This document shows positions 38,474 to 50,100 of a stretch of 64,000 nt of DNA, piece by piece. The translations under genes and the position numbers were made by a program. Below the pieces are notes generated by a model. That model searched no databases, had not been told where the DNA came from, and saw only the letters and a program-made list of their open reading frames with translations. The DNA is from a virus (Duplodnaviria > Caudoviricetes), in the IMG/VR virus record IMGVR_UViG_3300031998_000044, positions 26,712-90,711 of that record; one strand, 5' to 3'. Numbering within the stretch: position 1 is the stretch's first letter; each line of letters opens with the position of its first letter.

Positions 38474-39529
38474 CTAAACTGCGAATTTGAAATTGTCTAT
38501 CAATCTGCTTTTCTTTGACTGAACAGGAGTAAGCGTATCATCGAAAGATTCTGGATTTTTTAACTTATCTTCCATCTCAATCATTTTCTTATTCATTCTT
38601 TTTGCAACAGCTTTGTTAAAGAACTTATCCATGTTTTTAAACTCATCTGTAAGAGTGAAAAACAAGCCTAAATTTTTCAGAAATTCTGTTTTATTTTGCT
38701 TTTGATAACGTTGTAATGGAGTTAATAAAGCTCCTGTTTCTTTATCTTTAAAGATTGGCTCTGATAAGTTTTTCAATGCTTGTTTTTTAATAGTATCATC
38801 TATTTCTATTTCTCCAAGATAAGTATCAGAACCAAAGATTGCAGATTTTAATTCTTCTGTCTGCTTGTTTATTTCTTCTTCTTCTTCTGCTGCTTTCTTT
38901 TTGTTTTCCTCAATTAAATTATTAAAGGCTTCATTAAAGAAATTTTTATTATTTTCAAGTGCCTTTTTTGCTGTATTCATATCTTCGCCTTTCTTGAAGA
39001 TTTCATTCGTTTTTGCAACAGCTTCTTTTTCGTCAAGACCTTGATTTATAAAATCCTGTAATATTAGTTTTTGCCGTAATTGAAAACCTTCATTTGATTC
39101 ATCTGTTAAGTTTTCATTGGTAATCTTATCTAAAAAAGAGATTGTATTTTTGAACTCCGAAATTTCGTTAACAGACATTCCTGCATTAATTGCTTCTTTA
39201 ATTCTTTTATTTTCGTCGTCTATTCCAGAATTTATGGAATTAATAATCAACGACTTTAATGATTCTTTGTCTTTTAACTCAAGTCCTTCGTTAATATAAC
39301 CTTCATTTTTTAATTCGTCAACAATAGACTGAATATCAATATAAGATTTATTTTCTTCTACAACTTTTTCTTCTTTCGGTTCTTCTTCTACAACTTCTTT
39401 GTTTTCATCAAAAATTTGTCTTGCTTCTTCGTCAGAAATTTTCGATTCTGCTTGATTATCAGATAATAGAGCATTGTCTGCAAACAAACTCGAAATATCG
39501 TCATCCGATAAAATTTTTACTTCTTCCAT
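38474..39529 (-). CDS. Acidic coiled-coil protein upstream of MCP (scaffold-like)
   Basis: E/D-rich N-terminus, coiled coils, conserved crAss position; probable start MEEVKIL at 39529. Confidence 0.6.
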   Translation of the reverse strand: MEEVKILSDDDISSLFADNALLSDNQAESKISDEEARQIFDENKEVVEEEPKEEKVVEENKSYIDIQSIVDELKNEGYINEGLELKDKESLKSLIINSINSGIDDENKRIKEAINAGMSVNEISEFKNTISFLDKITNENLTDESNEGFQLRQKLILQDFINQGLDEKEAVAKTNEIFKKGEDMNTAKKALENNKNFFNEAFNNLIEENKKKAAEEEEEINKQTEELKSAIFGSDTYLGEIEIDDTIKKQALKNLSEPIFKDKETGALLTPLQRYQKQNKTEFLKNLGLFFTLTDEFKNMDKFFNKAVAKRMNKKMIEMEDKLKNPESFDDTLTPVQSKKSRLIDNFKFAV

Positions 39530-39571
39530 ATTATTATAATAAATAAAATAATTTGTTTTAAAATTTAAACA

Positions 39572-39623
39572 CAAAAAAATACTAAGACATTATAAAAAGC
39601 AATAGAATTATATTGAATGTAAG
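39572..39623 (-). promoter_or_regulatory. Palindrome-plus-(-7) promoter D (scaffold-MCP operon)
   Basis: - strand CTTACA-TTCAA-TATAAT (39623-39607), 27-nt spacer, TTTTTTTG (39579-39572). Confidence 0.6.
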
Positions 39624-39633
39624 GTATACTTAA

Positions 39634-42600
39634 TTATTTCATATAGAATTTAGTAGCCTCATACGGGTCAAATACATTTAACCAAGAATTATAGACAGGT
39701 ACTGCTTGCATAATTGACTTATATCCTTTGCTATGTCCTTTCCATTTTCCTTGTTCTATAATAGCGTTTTCTCCCATCCAATTCCACGGTTTAAGCACTT
39801 CAAGGAACTGTATGTTTTTATCCATTATTCGTAATCCAGCTGCAGGTGAATCAACAAGTTTTAATGCTTCATTCAACATACCTGTCGATGGTGTAAATGA
39901 AGCAAGCTCTGTATATAATCTTCGTGTTTGATAATGAATCATTTTTACAGCCCACGGTGATTGTTTCTTTTTATCTCCCATTGCTGCTTCAAGTGCAATA
40001 GTTGCCGCAAATACTAACAATGTTTGAGAAAGTTCTACAATAGAACGTACACAGTTTTGACGTTCCCATTTGTTCATTGACTTCCAAACAGTTGCTATAC
40101 CACCACGTTTTTCTTTTGTTTCTTTGTATACCTTCTTCCAGAATTTAGCAAACGTTCTGTAATATCCTTCTGTCGGAGAATCAAGGTCAAAGTTATATTG
40201 CACTTGTCCGAATCTTCTTTGAATTGATACAGGAATATATTTACGGAACTGATAGAAGAATCGTCCTGCTGCATATCTTTGAGCAGCACACCTATCTTCA
40301 TAGTTGTAAATACCGTGCATTCTTTGATTTATTGCTTGTACTCTGTGAGAATATTTATTGAAATATTCTTGAACATCTTCAATCTCAGTACCGTCTAACT
40401 TAGTAACTCCTTCTTTCAGGAAAAGTTTTTTACCGTATTCAGGATGCTCAGAATCTATATCACGTAGTTCCATTGCTTCCCATAACGGTATCTCTTTACC
40501 ACTTTTATCTTTAACTTTTGTAGACATTGCTACTGCCAATGCTGTACGTGTCTGCAAGAAATGCTCTCCTAAGTTATTGAGAATAAACAATCCTTGTTCA
40601 GAGCAACAACGAACAAAATTGTTAGTGTCAAATTCTGTATGTAATACTTCTTGTTCGTAATCTTGTAGAATATTGAACTGTTCGATAAACACAGCCATTT
40701 TGTTTTCTTTGATAAGTTCACCCGCTTGTGCTATGCAAGCACCAATATTCTTCATATACTCTACATCTGCCTTAGCAACATCTTTAACGTTGAAGAATTG
40801 ACCACAAATACTTTCGATACGCATCATAGCTTTACCTGTTTCAACGTTTGAAATACCACCAAGTACGTTGAGAGCCATACCTGTTATTGCAGTTTGTGAT
40901 AACAAGTTATTAGCAACTTTGTCTTTCGATATATTAGTGTCGCCGACTGTGCCTAAATCTACATTCCACATACCGTAGATTTGAGATTCCATATAGTCTT
41001 TAAGCATTTTAGAGATATTGCTTTCATCGCCGTTAAATGCAACAGGTAGTGCGAACTTGCCAAAGTTTGTTTCTAATGCTCGTTTAATTATCTTACTGCC
41101 CTTTGTTTCTGCTACTGTGCGTTTGTTAACAACATCTTGAATAAGTTCAATGAGACTTACAATTTGCATCTTCTCGTATCTGTTTTCGGCTGCATCAGAA
41201 TATGCTACAAGTGTAGATATAGCATCAAGGGACATATTTTCTTCTGATTCACCTTCACGCATAGATGTAAACAATTTAGGAACATCGTATACACGTTCAC
41301 CTTTGAAGTCAGTTTGATATGCTTTATCTCCTTCTGACAATTCTACATCAGACGATGTTTTTGTCCACATCTCTTTGAATGCTTGCTGTAACTCGTCTTT
41401 TACGCCTTTTATGCCCTTTGCGCTTTTAAGTTTATTGATAAGTGATTTTTCGATTTTTATTGTCTTAGCGGCTCGTTTATGTCGTCTAAATTCTCGGAGT
41501 TCTTGTTTTTTCTTTGCAATCCAATCTCCATTCTTAGCCATATCATCATATACATCATCAACATCTCTTTCACTAACACCGATTTCTTCTGCTAAATCAG
41601 TATCATATACAGTTTCCATTTCATAATACATATGATTATCAAGGCTTTCTTTCAAATCAAGGAACTCTCTTGCAAACTCTTTTTGTTTTTCTGAAAGTCT
41701 GTCCCATTGAGGATTATGGAAATTGTTATGTTTTTCCATATACTCATTGAACTTAGTTATATATTTTTTGTATTTATCTTTCTTGAAGTTACCTTTCGGA
41801 GACCATTTGTCTTTATTCTTTAATACAATTTCTTCAAATGCCTTGTCATAAGCATTATAGTCAATTTCAGATATATAATATCCTGTACGTTTACCGTCTT
41901 TATCTTTTTGATACAACCATTCAAAATCATTTCCTGTTTCTTTAACGAACTGTTTGCCAAGTGCAACTATTTTACGTTTAAGTTCAAATACGGTATTTCT
42001 GCGTTTGTCATTTGACTTTTTTACAATTTGGTCAACCATCTTCAATATCAGAGATGGAGAGTTTGCCATACTGCTAAAAAATCTTGTCAAGAAAGATACG
42101 TCTTTTTGCTTTCCATTAGATAGTTCGTCGTCCAAAGTAAGTGTTTGTGATTCATCAAGCGTCATTGGAATATCGAACTTATCACCAAACTTCTCTGATA
42201 ATATGCTCTTTGTTAATAGTAATTCTTCGTTTTGTACAAATTGTTTTGCTTGATTGAGATAGTAAGATAACTCTTTTACATACTTCTGAATAACGCCTTG
42301 AATACGAATATCACTTTCTTCTGTAAACTCCATTGATATAACGTCCATTACATTCTGAATATCAGTTGTATTCAAAATATATTCAAGCGATTGAACAGTG
42401 TTATTGAATATGATAAGATTATCACACTGACGGTTTTCATCTTTTGGATTCTCGTACATATTCCAAGCAGTATGTAAGTTCTTTATACTGTTGTGTATGA
42501 AGTATAACAAGTTACCAAGAAGGTTCTTGTTTTTCTTCATATAAAGGAATTGCTGCATTTTTCGTTTACCATCAAAGTCGGAGAATATAAATCCTTTCTT

Positions 42601-44178
42601 TCTGTTAAGTTTGTTCAATTTAGTGAGAGAAGATTCTATATTCAAAAACAACTTTGTGATTTTATCAAATTCTCCTTTTTGTTTTAAGTCATCTTCTAAT
42701 GCTTTAACATCTTCATTGAAATCTTCTTCAAGTTTTTCGAGGTCTATACGGTTATGTTTTGTCGCTTTATTTTGTTCTTCAAGCGCATCAAATCCAGGAT
42801 TATCAATACCGTTATCATTATCGAAATTTACTCCACGTAGTTGTTCTGCAAGTTCAGGGTCAGCATCTTCAAAGTCTGTATTAGCACCTTCGTCAATATC
42901 TGTATTTGTGCCTTCATCGCTACCGACACCCTCGTCATTAATATCTGTACCGTTATCTCCTATATCAAGTCCTGTATCACCATCGTCAGTTCCTGAATCT
43001 TCATCTACACCAGAATCTGTATCTATAAAATTTGGACCTTCTTCTTCATCTCTTATAATCTTTCTTTCTTTGCTTTCTGCTTGCTGTTCGTCAAGAAAGT
43101 CATTTATTGGTGTTCCTGTATCTCCATCATCACCATTATCTGATTCTTCTAATTGATAGTATTGTACTCCATTTGATTGTAAGTTAGCAAGACCTGTTTC
43201 TTTGAGTAAGTTAGAAAATAAAATCTCTTTTGAAGCCTTAGTAAGAGTAGCATCAAGTTCAATCAATGCAGTACGTAATTCCATTTCATCAATTTGAGAA
43301 AACTTGTCTTTAATAACATCAAAAACACGTTCTAACAAACTTGAACGATTGCCTATGTATTCTGCTTTGATATATTCGGATAACAGTTTACCTGCAACCT
43401 CTTTACGTACTTTGTTGAAATCACCATCATAAGCACTAAGATAACTATCAAGTTGGTCGCCTAATACTGCAATAACAAGTTCATCTGTCATAGCATTATA
43501 CAAACGACTTACAAGAGGATTATTTTCGCCGACTGCTTCTAATGCAAAGTGAGAAAATTCTTCTGGTAACGCTTCTGCGCCTTTTTCACCTTTTGCGATT
43601 CTGATAAGTTCTACTGTTCCGCTTGTAGCATCTTTTGCAAGATTGAAGTCAGTAACACCTGCAATACCACGTCTACGTTCAAGTTCGTTTACAGCACCTA
43701 CACTAACACCTACTTCTGCCAATTTGTTTTTCAGAAAGTTATTCAAGTCGGCATTTGTTTGTATCTGTTTAGAAAGTATATCAGTCTGATGATTCCTACG
43801 TACAATTTTACTTGATATTTCATCTGCATTGCGTTCAATTACAGCAACATAGTCATTCAGTTCATTATCAGAATTGAACAAAGTTACTTCTTGACATAAC
43901 AAATCGATATTCTCAGGTGATGCTTTTACAGTCTTAGGATTAAGATTGCTTTCAAGAAATTGAATTTGTAATTCAGATTTTAAATGCTGTCCCAACTTTG
44001 CTTTCTTATAAACATCTTTAAAAGATGGAACACCGTCTTTATCTTTCTTGATTTTATAATCATTCAAGAATGTCGGATTCATTATTCTTGCAAACAAATC
44101 TTTTGCCTGTTCCTCGCTATCACATAGATTGACAAGGTTATAATATAGTTTGTTATTTTCTGTGTTTATGCAATTCAT
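39634..44178 (-). CDS. Large virion cargo protein with zincin-like segment and acidic linker
   Basis: 1514 aa; IRIAKG...ALPEEFSHFALEA; long D/E/G-rich tract; helical C-terminal region like crAss cargo proteins. Confidence 0.6.
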   Translation of the reverse strand: MNCINTENNKLYYNLVNLCDSEEQAKDLFARIMNPTFLNDYKIKKDKDGVPSFKDVYKKAKLGQHLKSELQIQFLESNLNPKTVKASPENIDLLCQEVTLFNSDNELNDYVAVIERNADEISSKIVRRNHQTDILSKQIQTNADLNNFLKNKLAEVGVSVGAVNELERRRGIAGVTDFNLAKDATSGTVELIRIAKGEKGAEALPEEFSHFALEAVGENNPLVSRLYNAMTDELVIAVLGDQLDSYLSAYDGDFNKVRKEVAGKLLSEYIKAEYIGNRSSLLERVFDVIKDKFSQIDEMELRTALIELDATLTKASKEILFSNLLKETGLANLQSNGVQYYQLEESDNGDDGDTGTPINDFLDEQQAESKERKIIRDEEEGPNFIDTDSGVDEDSGTDDGDTGLDIGDNGTDINDEGVGSDEGTNTDIDEGANTDFEDADPELAEQLRGVNFDNDNGIDNPGFDALEEQNKATKHNRIDLEKLEEDFNEDVKALEDDLKQKGEFDKITKLFLNIESSLTKLNKLNRKKGFIFSDFDGKRKMQQFLYMKKNKNLLGNLLYFIHNSIKNLHTAWNMYENPKDENRQCDNLIIFNNTVQSLEYILNTTDIQNVMDVISMEFTEESDIRIQGVIQKYVKELSYYLNQAKQFVQNEELLLTKSILSEKFGDKFDIPMTLDESQTLTLDDELSNGKQKDVSFLTRFFSSMANSPSLILKMVDQIVKKSNDKRRNTVFELKRKIVALGKQFVKETGNDFEWLYQKDKDGKRTGYYISEIDYNAYDKAFEEIVLKNKDKWSPKGNFKKDKYKKYITKFNEYMEKHNNFHNPQWDRLSEKQKEFAREFLDLKESLDNHMYYEMETVYDTDLAEEIGVSERDVDDVYDDMAKNGDWIAKKKQELREFRRHKRAAKTIKIEKSLINKLKSAKGIKGVKDELQQAFKEMWTKTSSDVELSEGDKAYQTDFKGERVYDVPKLFTSMREGESEENMSLDAISTLVAYSDAAENRYEKMQIVSLIELIQDVVNKRTVAETKGSKIIKRALETNFGKFALPVAFNGDESNISKMLKDYMESQIYGMWNVDLGTVGDTNISKDKVANNLLSQTAITGMALNVLGGISNVETGKAMMRIESICGQFFNVKDVAKADVEYMKNIGACIAQAGELIKENKMAVFIEQFNILQDYEQEVLHTEFDTNNFVRCCSEQGLFILNNLGEHFLQTRTALAVAMSTKVKDKSGKEIPLWEAMELRDIDSEHPEYGKKLFLKEGVTKLDGTEIEDVQEYFNKYSHRVQAINQRMHGIYNYEDRCAAQRYAAGRFFYQFRKYIPVSIQRRFGQVQYNFDLDSPTEGYYRTFAKFWKKVYKETKEKRGGIATVWKSMNKWERQNCVRSIVELSQTLLVFAATIALEAAMGDKKKQSPWAVKMIHYQTRRLYTELASFTPSTGMLNEALKLVDSPAAGLRIMDKNIQFLEVLKPWNWMGENAIIEQGKWKGHSKGYKSIMQAVPVYNSWLNVFDPYEATKFYMK

Positions 44179-44195
44179 TTTGTATAGTTATTAGA

Positions 44196-47100
44196 TTAAC
44201 ACCATTGAATACTAATCGGGTCATATACTGACATTGGGTCGGCATTTAAATTGAAGAATCTACCAAGCGAATTGTCGTCTGACAAAACCTTCATAACAGT
44301 TTCTTTGTCAATATTTGAAAGGTCAATACCTTGTTCGTTTGCTTCTCTGATTACATTATCAACAAGATTATTGATTGCTTCTTCACGTTTTTCTTCATCT
44401 ACATCATAATCACGTTGGTTATAAGTGTATGAGCCAATTTGAAGTGAAATGACTTCATTGTCAAGTATTTCGTAAATCTTATCTTTATAATCAGGATTCT
44501 TTACTTCTCCCTTATATTCTGTATAATAAGCACCATCTTCTGTTTCATACAATTTTACAAAGTATCTACCTGGTACACGGACTTCCAATTTTGTTTTATA
44601 ATCAGTATAAGTGTAAGGTCGAGTACCTATAATTTTTGATTTAGAAGGTGTTTTAAATACAGTAGGCAATTCTTTTGGCAATCTCAAAGAGTAATCTACC
44701 AAGTCATTCTTAACAATAAACTCATTCTCAAAATTATCCAAATTATCAATCTCGAAATAGTTGAAGATATTTTGTATTCCTTCGATTTGAGAAAGCGTTT
44801 TAATAGGTATCATTGAGATAAAAGAACGTGGGTCATATCCGAAACCATTAACGCACAATGCATACTTAATTAGCTCTACTGCATCTTCGTTTGAATAAGG
44901 ATTAGAGAATAGTTCATTAAACGCTTCTTTAACTTCGTTGACTGTTTCGGCTCTCATATCCGCAATATTTTTCATCATCAGATAATCGCCGTCTTTTGTA
45001 CTAAAACGAGAAAGCATTTTTATAAACATATTGTCAGGATATTTATTCTTAAATTCCTCTAAACGTTTTGGAACGCTCTCCTTAATGTTTTCCATTATTT
45101 CATTGGTCGATATAGTCTGCAATCTTTCAGTGCTTTCTATGCCATATTTTGCGGCAATTTCGGCTTGTTCTTCTTCTGATAATTCCTGATTGTTTACAAG
45201 TATCGGTTTGAAATAATCCAAGTATCTTAATTGCTGTTTCTTGTAATCGTTAATAAATTTATTAATGTTGTCGGAATTAAATTTCGGCAATTGCATACCA
45301 AGATTGATACATTCGTCAATCATACCATCATCAATAATAGACGAGAAATATTGACGGAAATTTGCCCAAGTTAGATAGTATGCTGTTTGGTATGATTTTA
45401 CATTACCTTTGCCAACTTTTTTTTCGATTTCTTCTACAATCTGTTGTTTAGACATTTTGAGAATATCCTTGTTATTTTCAAAGTCAGGAATAAGATTATC
45501 AACTCCTTCAAGATTTGAATCTTGTTTCAATCTGTTTACTTTAAGAATATTCTCTATAATGCTTGTTACATCGTACATAGCACCGTTGGTACTATCTGAC
45601 TTCAACAAAGAGTTAAGAGTTTCAAGATTTTGAATTGTGCTTTCATAATAACCAAGCATTGCAAAGAAATTAGCACTATTTAAATCAGCACCTTTATATT
45701 CATAAGTGAATGATTCTGCCATAGGTTTTTCAGGGTTATAGTCCATTGCAAACCTTCTGAAAGCAGCAGGTCCTTTATCCATAAATTTCTTAAACTCTTT
45801 TGGATAAGTATCATTAAGATATTTGTACATAGATACAATTGTCTTAGGCGGCACTCCTAATCGCATTAAGAAACAAGTTGTAGATGCTGTATAGTTATTC
45901 TGCCATAATTTTGCTAATACAGGGTCTTTTGCGTTATCAACAGATGCAGCCAAGAACTCTGCAATATTTCGGCTTATACGACGATTATTTGTGTCTTTGA
46001 CATTGGATAATGATTTGTATTCGTGCTTTCCAATTTTAATTGGTTTAGACAAACCTAAGCCAGAGTTTTGACATAATGCGTGAGCAACGTTATGATTTGC
46101 ATAAATACCAATCAGTCGTTTGCCTGTCATATTCAAGTTAAAGAAGTTGAGATATTGGCTCTCTGTCAAGTTCATCGGTTGAGCAACTTCTGGATTAACT
46201 TCACCTGCAAGTTTTTTGAGATAGTCAAAGCCACCTGGATTCTGTTCTTTTGTAATATTGTGTGGAGATGATATACAACCACGCATTAACGAAAGCAATA
46301 AGTTACGTTTCTGTGCTGTATTATTTTCACTAATATCTTTGTTACTATCAAATCTAACAAAATAAGGTCGTTGTACTTTAAATTTTCTTTCTACACAATA
46401 AGCATCAAAATAACTGTCTGTAATTCTATCCGATATGCTTTTCTTTTCATCATCAGTAAGTTCAGGTTCTCCATTGTTTTTACGTTCAAGATTATCTTTA
46501 TCAATCTGACGTTTTATTTCAATATCAGCCATCATCTTAACTGATGATTTGTTAAAGAACTCACGTGCTTTATCTTTGTCAATATTCCATTTATCTCTTA
46601 ATTTGAAATCAGGGAAGTACATATACATTTTGTCAACATCGAAGTCGCTACCTGTAAGAGTAGTGATTTCTTGTGGCAACATAATGTTAGTACCAAATTG
46701 CATCGGAGTAAAACCAACAATCTTTAACGGTATCATAGAATATATATCCTCTGTAGGTACACGGTAACATAAAGCATTAAGTAGATTTTTATCCTTGCAT
46801 TTACGTGGGTCAAGTATACCATCAGGATTAATCATACTATCAATAAAAGATTTTGAATAAGCTGGCATAAGTGCTTCCATATAAAGAATCCTACCTGTAG
46901 ATTCATCTCTTACTATTTTTAATGGTCCGTATGTACCATCATCGTGTTTAATATTTCCACGCCAACAAGCCATCTGAATAGCCGTACCACCACGTGTAAG
47001 TTGTTTGTTAATACGGTTCTTTAAAATAGACGACATAAGCAATACGACTTTATCTTTTATCGCAGGGTTCTTCGGGTCTACAACCCATTTGCCGTCTTTT

Positions 47101-50100
47101 ACTTTCAACGCTTGTTTTATATCGTAATCATATTTAGGCGAAGTACCCATCATCTCTTGAAGTGCATTTGACAGCCTTTCGTTATCAGAAAAGATTTCTT
47201 GAACATCTTTATACTCATCAAGTATCATATCTGACAAAAGTCCGTTAAACAGTTTCAAATATCCTTCTTTATCAAGATAACGTTGTGTTTTCTTTGTGCC
47301 ATCAGGTTGTATTTCTTCTTTTTCTTTTAATTCGATTTCTTCACCATTAACCTTGAATGTTATCTTACCTTGCTCATCTTGAGCAGCATTATCAAAACCT
47401 GACAAAAGTCCTTCTGTATCAAGATAAATTTCTGCATTGTCAGGTATATCTCCTTGTAATAGTTTTTTCAACTGCGAACCAAGTTGCTGTTCGGTGTCGT
47501 ACATATGTGGCGGAGTACTTGTTTTAATGCCATATTCAGAATAAGGTATCTCGTGAATAACGTGTGAATTTCCTTTTGATTTAACTTTCTTTTTTTCGCC
47601 GTTCTCATCAATCTCATCAGTTTCGTGAACAATCTCATCTGTCTTAACACCTGTTTTTTCTTCCAAGTAATTAAAGATTTGGTCAGGTTCGATGTTGTTC
47701 AAGTCAATAAGACCTTCACGTCCAACCTTTACTGCTGATTCAAATTGTACTGTATCAATATCATATTCTTCCATAAAACGGTTTAATTCAGCAAGTGCTG
47801 AACGATTATCACCGAATAGCATATACATATTGAACAATACGTTTTCTGAGTTTTTGTATTGATAACCTACTTTGAGATTATGGCTTGCACCTTTTTCATC
47901 TTTATATTCGCTTTCTTGTTGAGTGTATACAAACGGTTTTAATGTCTGCCATACTTGTGAATAGTCATCTGCTGTAATAGTTTCTCCGTTTTGAATTTTT
48001 TGATATAATGCTTCGTCTTTATCTGTCCATTGACCAAACATATCTCTAACGCTACGGTAAGAAGATAAACAACGAAAGCACTGAGCATCTGCAACATTAA
48101 TATTACCATTACTAAAAGAACTTACAATAGCATCGACATCAATATTTACACCATCTTGTTCTGCTGCTCTTTGTAAAAAGTTTTTCATTTTTAAAAGTTG
48201 CTCATCACTCAATGACATATTGAAATCTTTTAAGTAGATAGTACGCATATACTCTCTGCCGTATTTAGATTTGGTATCAGGTCTTTGATAGCCTGCTTGG
48301 ACTTGAGCATATCGTTTCTGTACGTCTACTTCATTTTTATAGAACGCAGGGTCAGAGATTGTTAATTGCTGTATATCGGCTTGACGAATGTACGATGTCA
48401 TTACACGTTGCATACGTTCAATTATACGTTCTTCGTCATTTATTTCGTATTCATATTCATCTCCGTTTGCTTTTAATGTATCTCTTTGTTCTTGGATATT
48501 TTTATCTATTCCTTTGATTGCATTTAATGTTTCATTATAAAGAGTATAATCTTTTGCTTGTAATGCATCAATTAACGCTTTAAAAGTATTTGTTAAATCC
48601 TTATCAGAATGTTTAAATACATCTTCAAACAATATCCTACGATATATTTGAACTGCTGCTTCGTGTATAATATTTTCTTTTTCTAAGTTCGATTTTGCTT
48701 CCTGTAATACATCATACAACGATACATTATATTCTTCTCCTTTTTCATTTTTACGTGTTTTAAAATTATTCAGGAATGGTTGAAAACAATATTTATGTGC
48801 ATTACCAGGTTTACCTTTTAATATGTCGTAACAATCAATAGGTTCAAGTGTACCATTTTGAATCTGTTTCCATCTATCTTTTGCTCTACTTATACGATTT
48901 GTTTCAAGCAAGATGAGGTTTTTAATTTCAGTAATAATTTGAGGTTCTTTCGCTTCTGTATAACCTTCTTCATAAGTTACCGTACCAATTGATTCTATAT
49001 CAACAATAGGAACACGGTAGAAATGTAACGAACCCTTATCAGCATAAATAGGTGCGTGTACCCAAACAAACTGTTCTTTATTAACACCTGTTACACCTGC
49101 TTCTTTCCAAAATATCTTACGGTTAATTTCTGCAAGTTCATCAACTGTTAATTCAGAATATTTTGACGGATTAGAATCTTTTTCTTTGTAAACAAAGAAA
49201 TGGCTAACTCTGAACCAATCATCGTTTTCAGATAATGCTAATTTCTTAATCAATGAACTATAACAACCGTTTGATGCTGTTTCGTAAGATTGTCTTGCAT
49301 TTGAAGTAAACAGTTCGTATTTTAGAAACTCATCAATAATAAATTTCTTTTGGTCCTTACGTAAACCATCAAACATTCTGTCAATATAGTTCTTATCAGC
49401 ACAAACAAATACACTTTGATTTTTAGTTCTGATAATAGATTCTGTCTTTTGCTCTGAAATAGAGTTTAATATCTTTAATATATTATTGTAGAAATTTTTA
49501 TTTGAATCTATAAAATCCGTTACATCATCAAATCCATACTTTGCTCGATTAGCATATATTTGTCCAAGATTTGTTTTTATTTCTTGTAATTCATCATTGC
49601 TCAATACGTTCAGGTTGTGTTCATCATCTTGCAACTCAAATCCTGCTTGTAACAAATATTGCTTTAATTGTTCGTTATTCTGGTCATCAGTTCCTTCTAA
49701 ACCTGAATTAAGTGTAAGTATCTTTGCAAGTATCTCCGTTGAATTTTGGTCGAAATCTTCACTAAATACGCAAAGTGTAGGAATGGGATTATTTACAACT
49801 CCTAAGTTAATTGACGTTGTAGCAAATGCAGTTCCTTCATCTATAATACGGTTGCCGTTTATTGTTACATAGTTAGCAAAGTATAGATTTGCGTATTTAG
49901 TAAATAAGATGCTTTTAAGTCGTCCAGATTTATCGTTTTCAAGTTCCTGCAATAACCGTGGAAAGAATTTATATTTACGTTGGTTCTCTGATATTTTTTT
50001 TATCATATCATTTCTATCCTTAGAACCTGTTATCATCCTTGTAAGAATGTTATTAACAATCATCGGGTCATAATATAATGGTGTACCAAGTTCATCTTCC

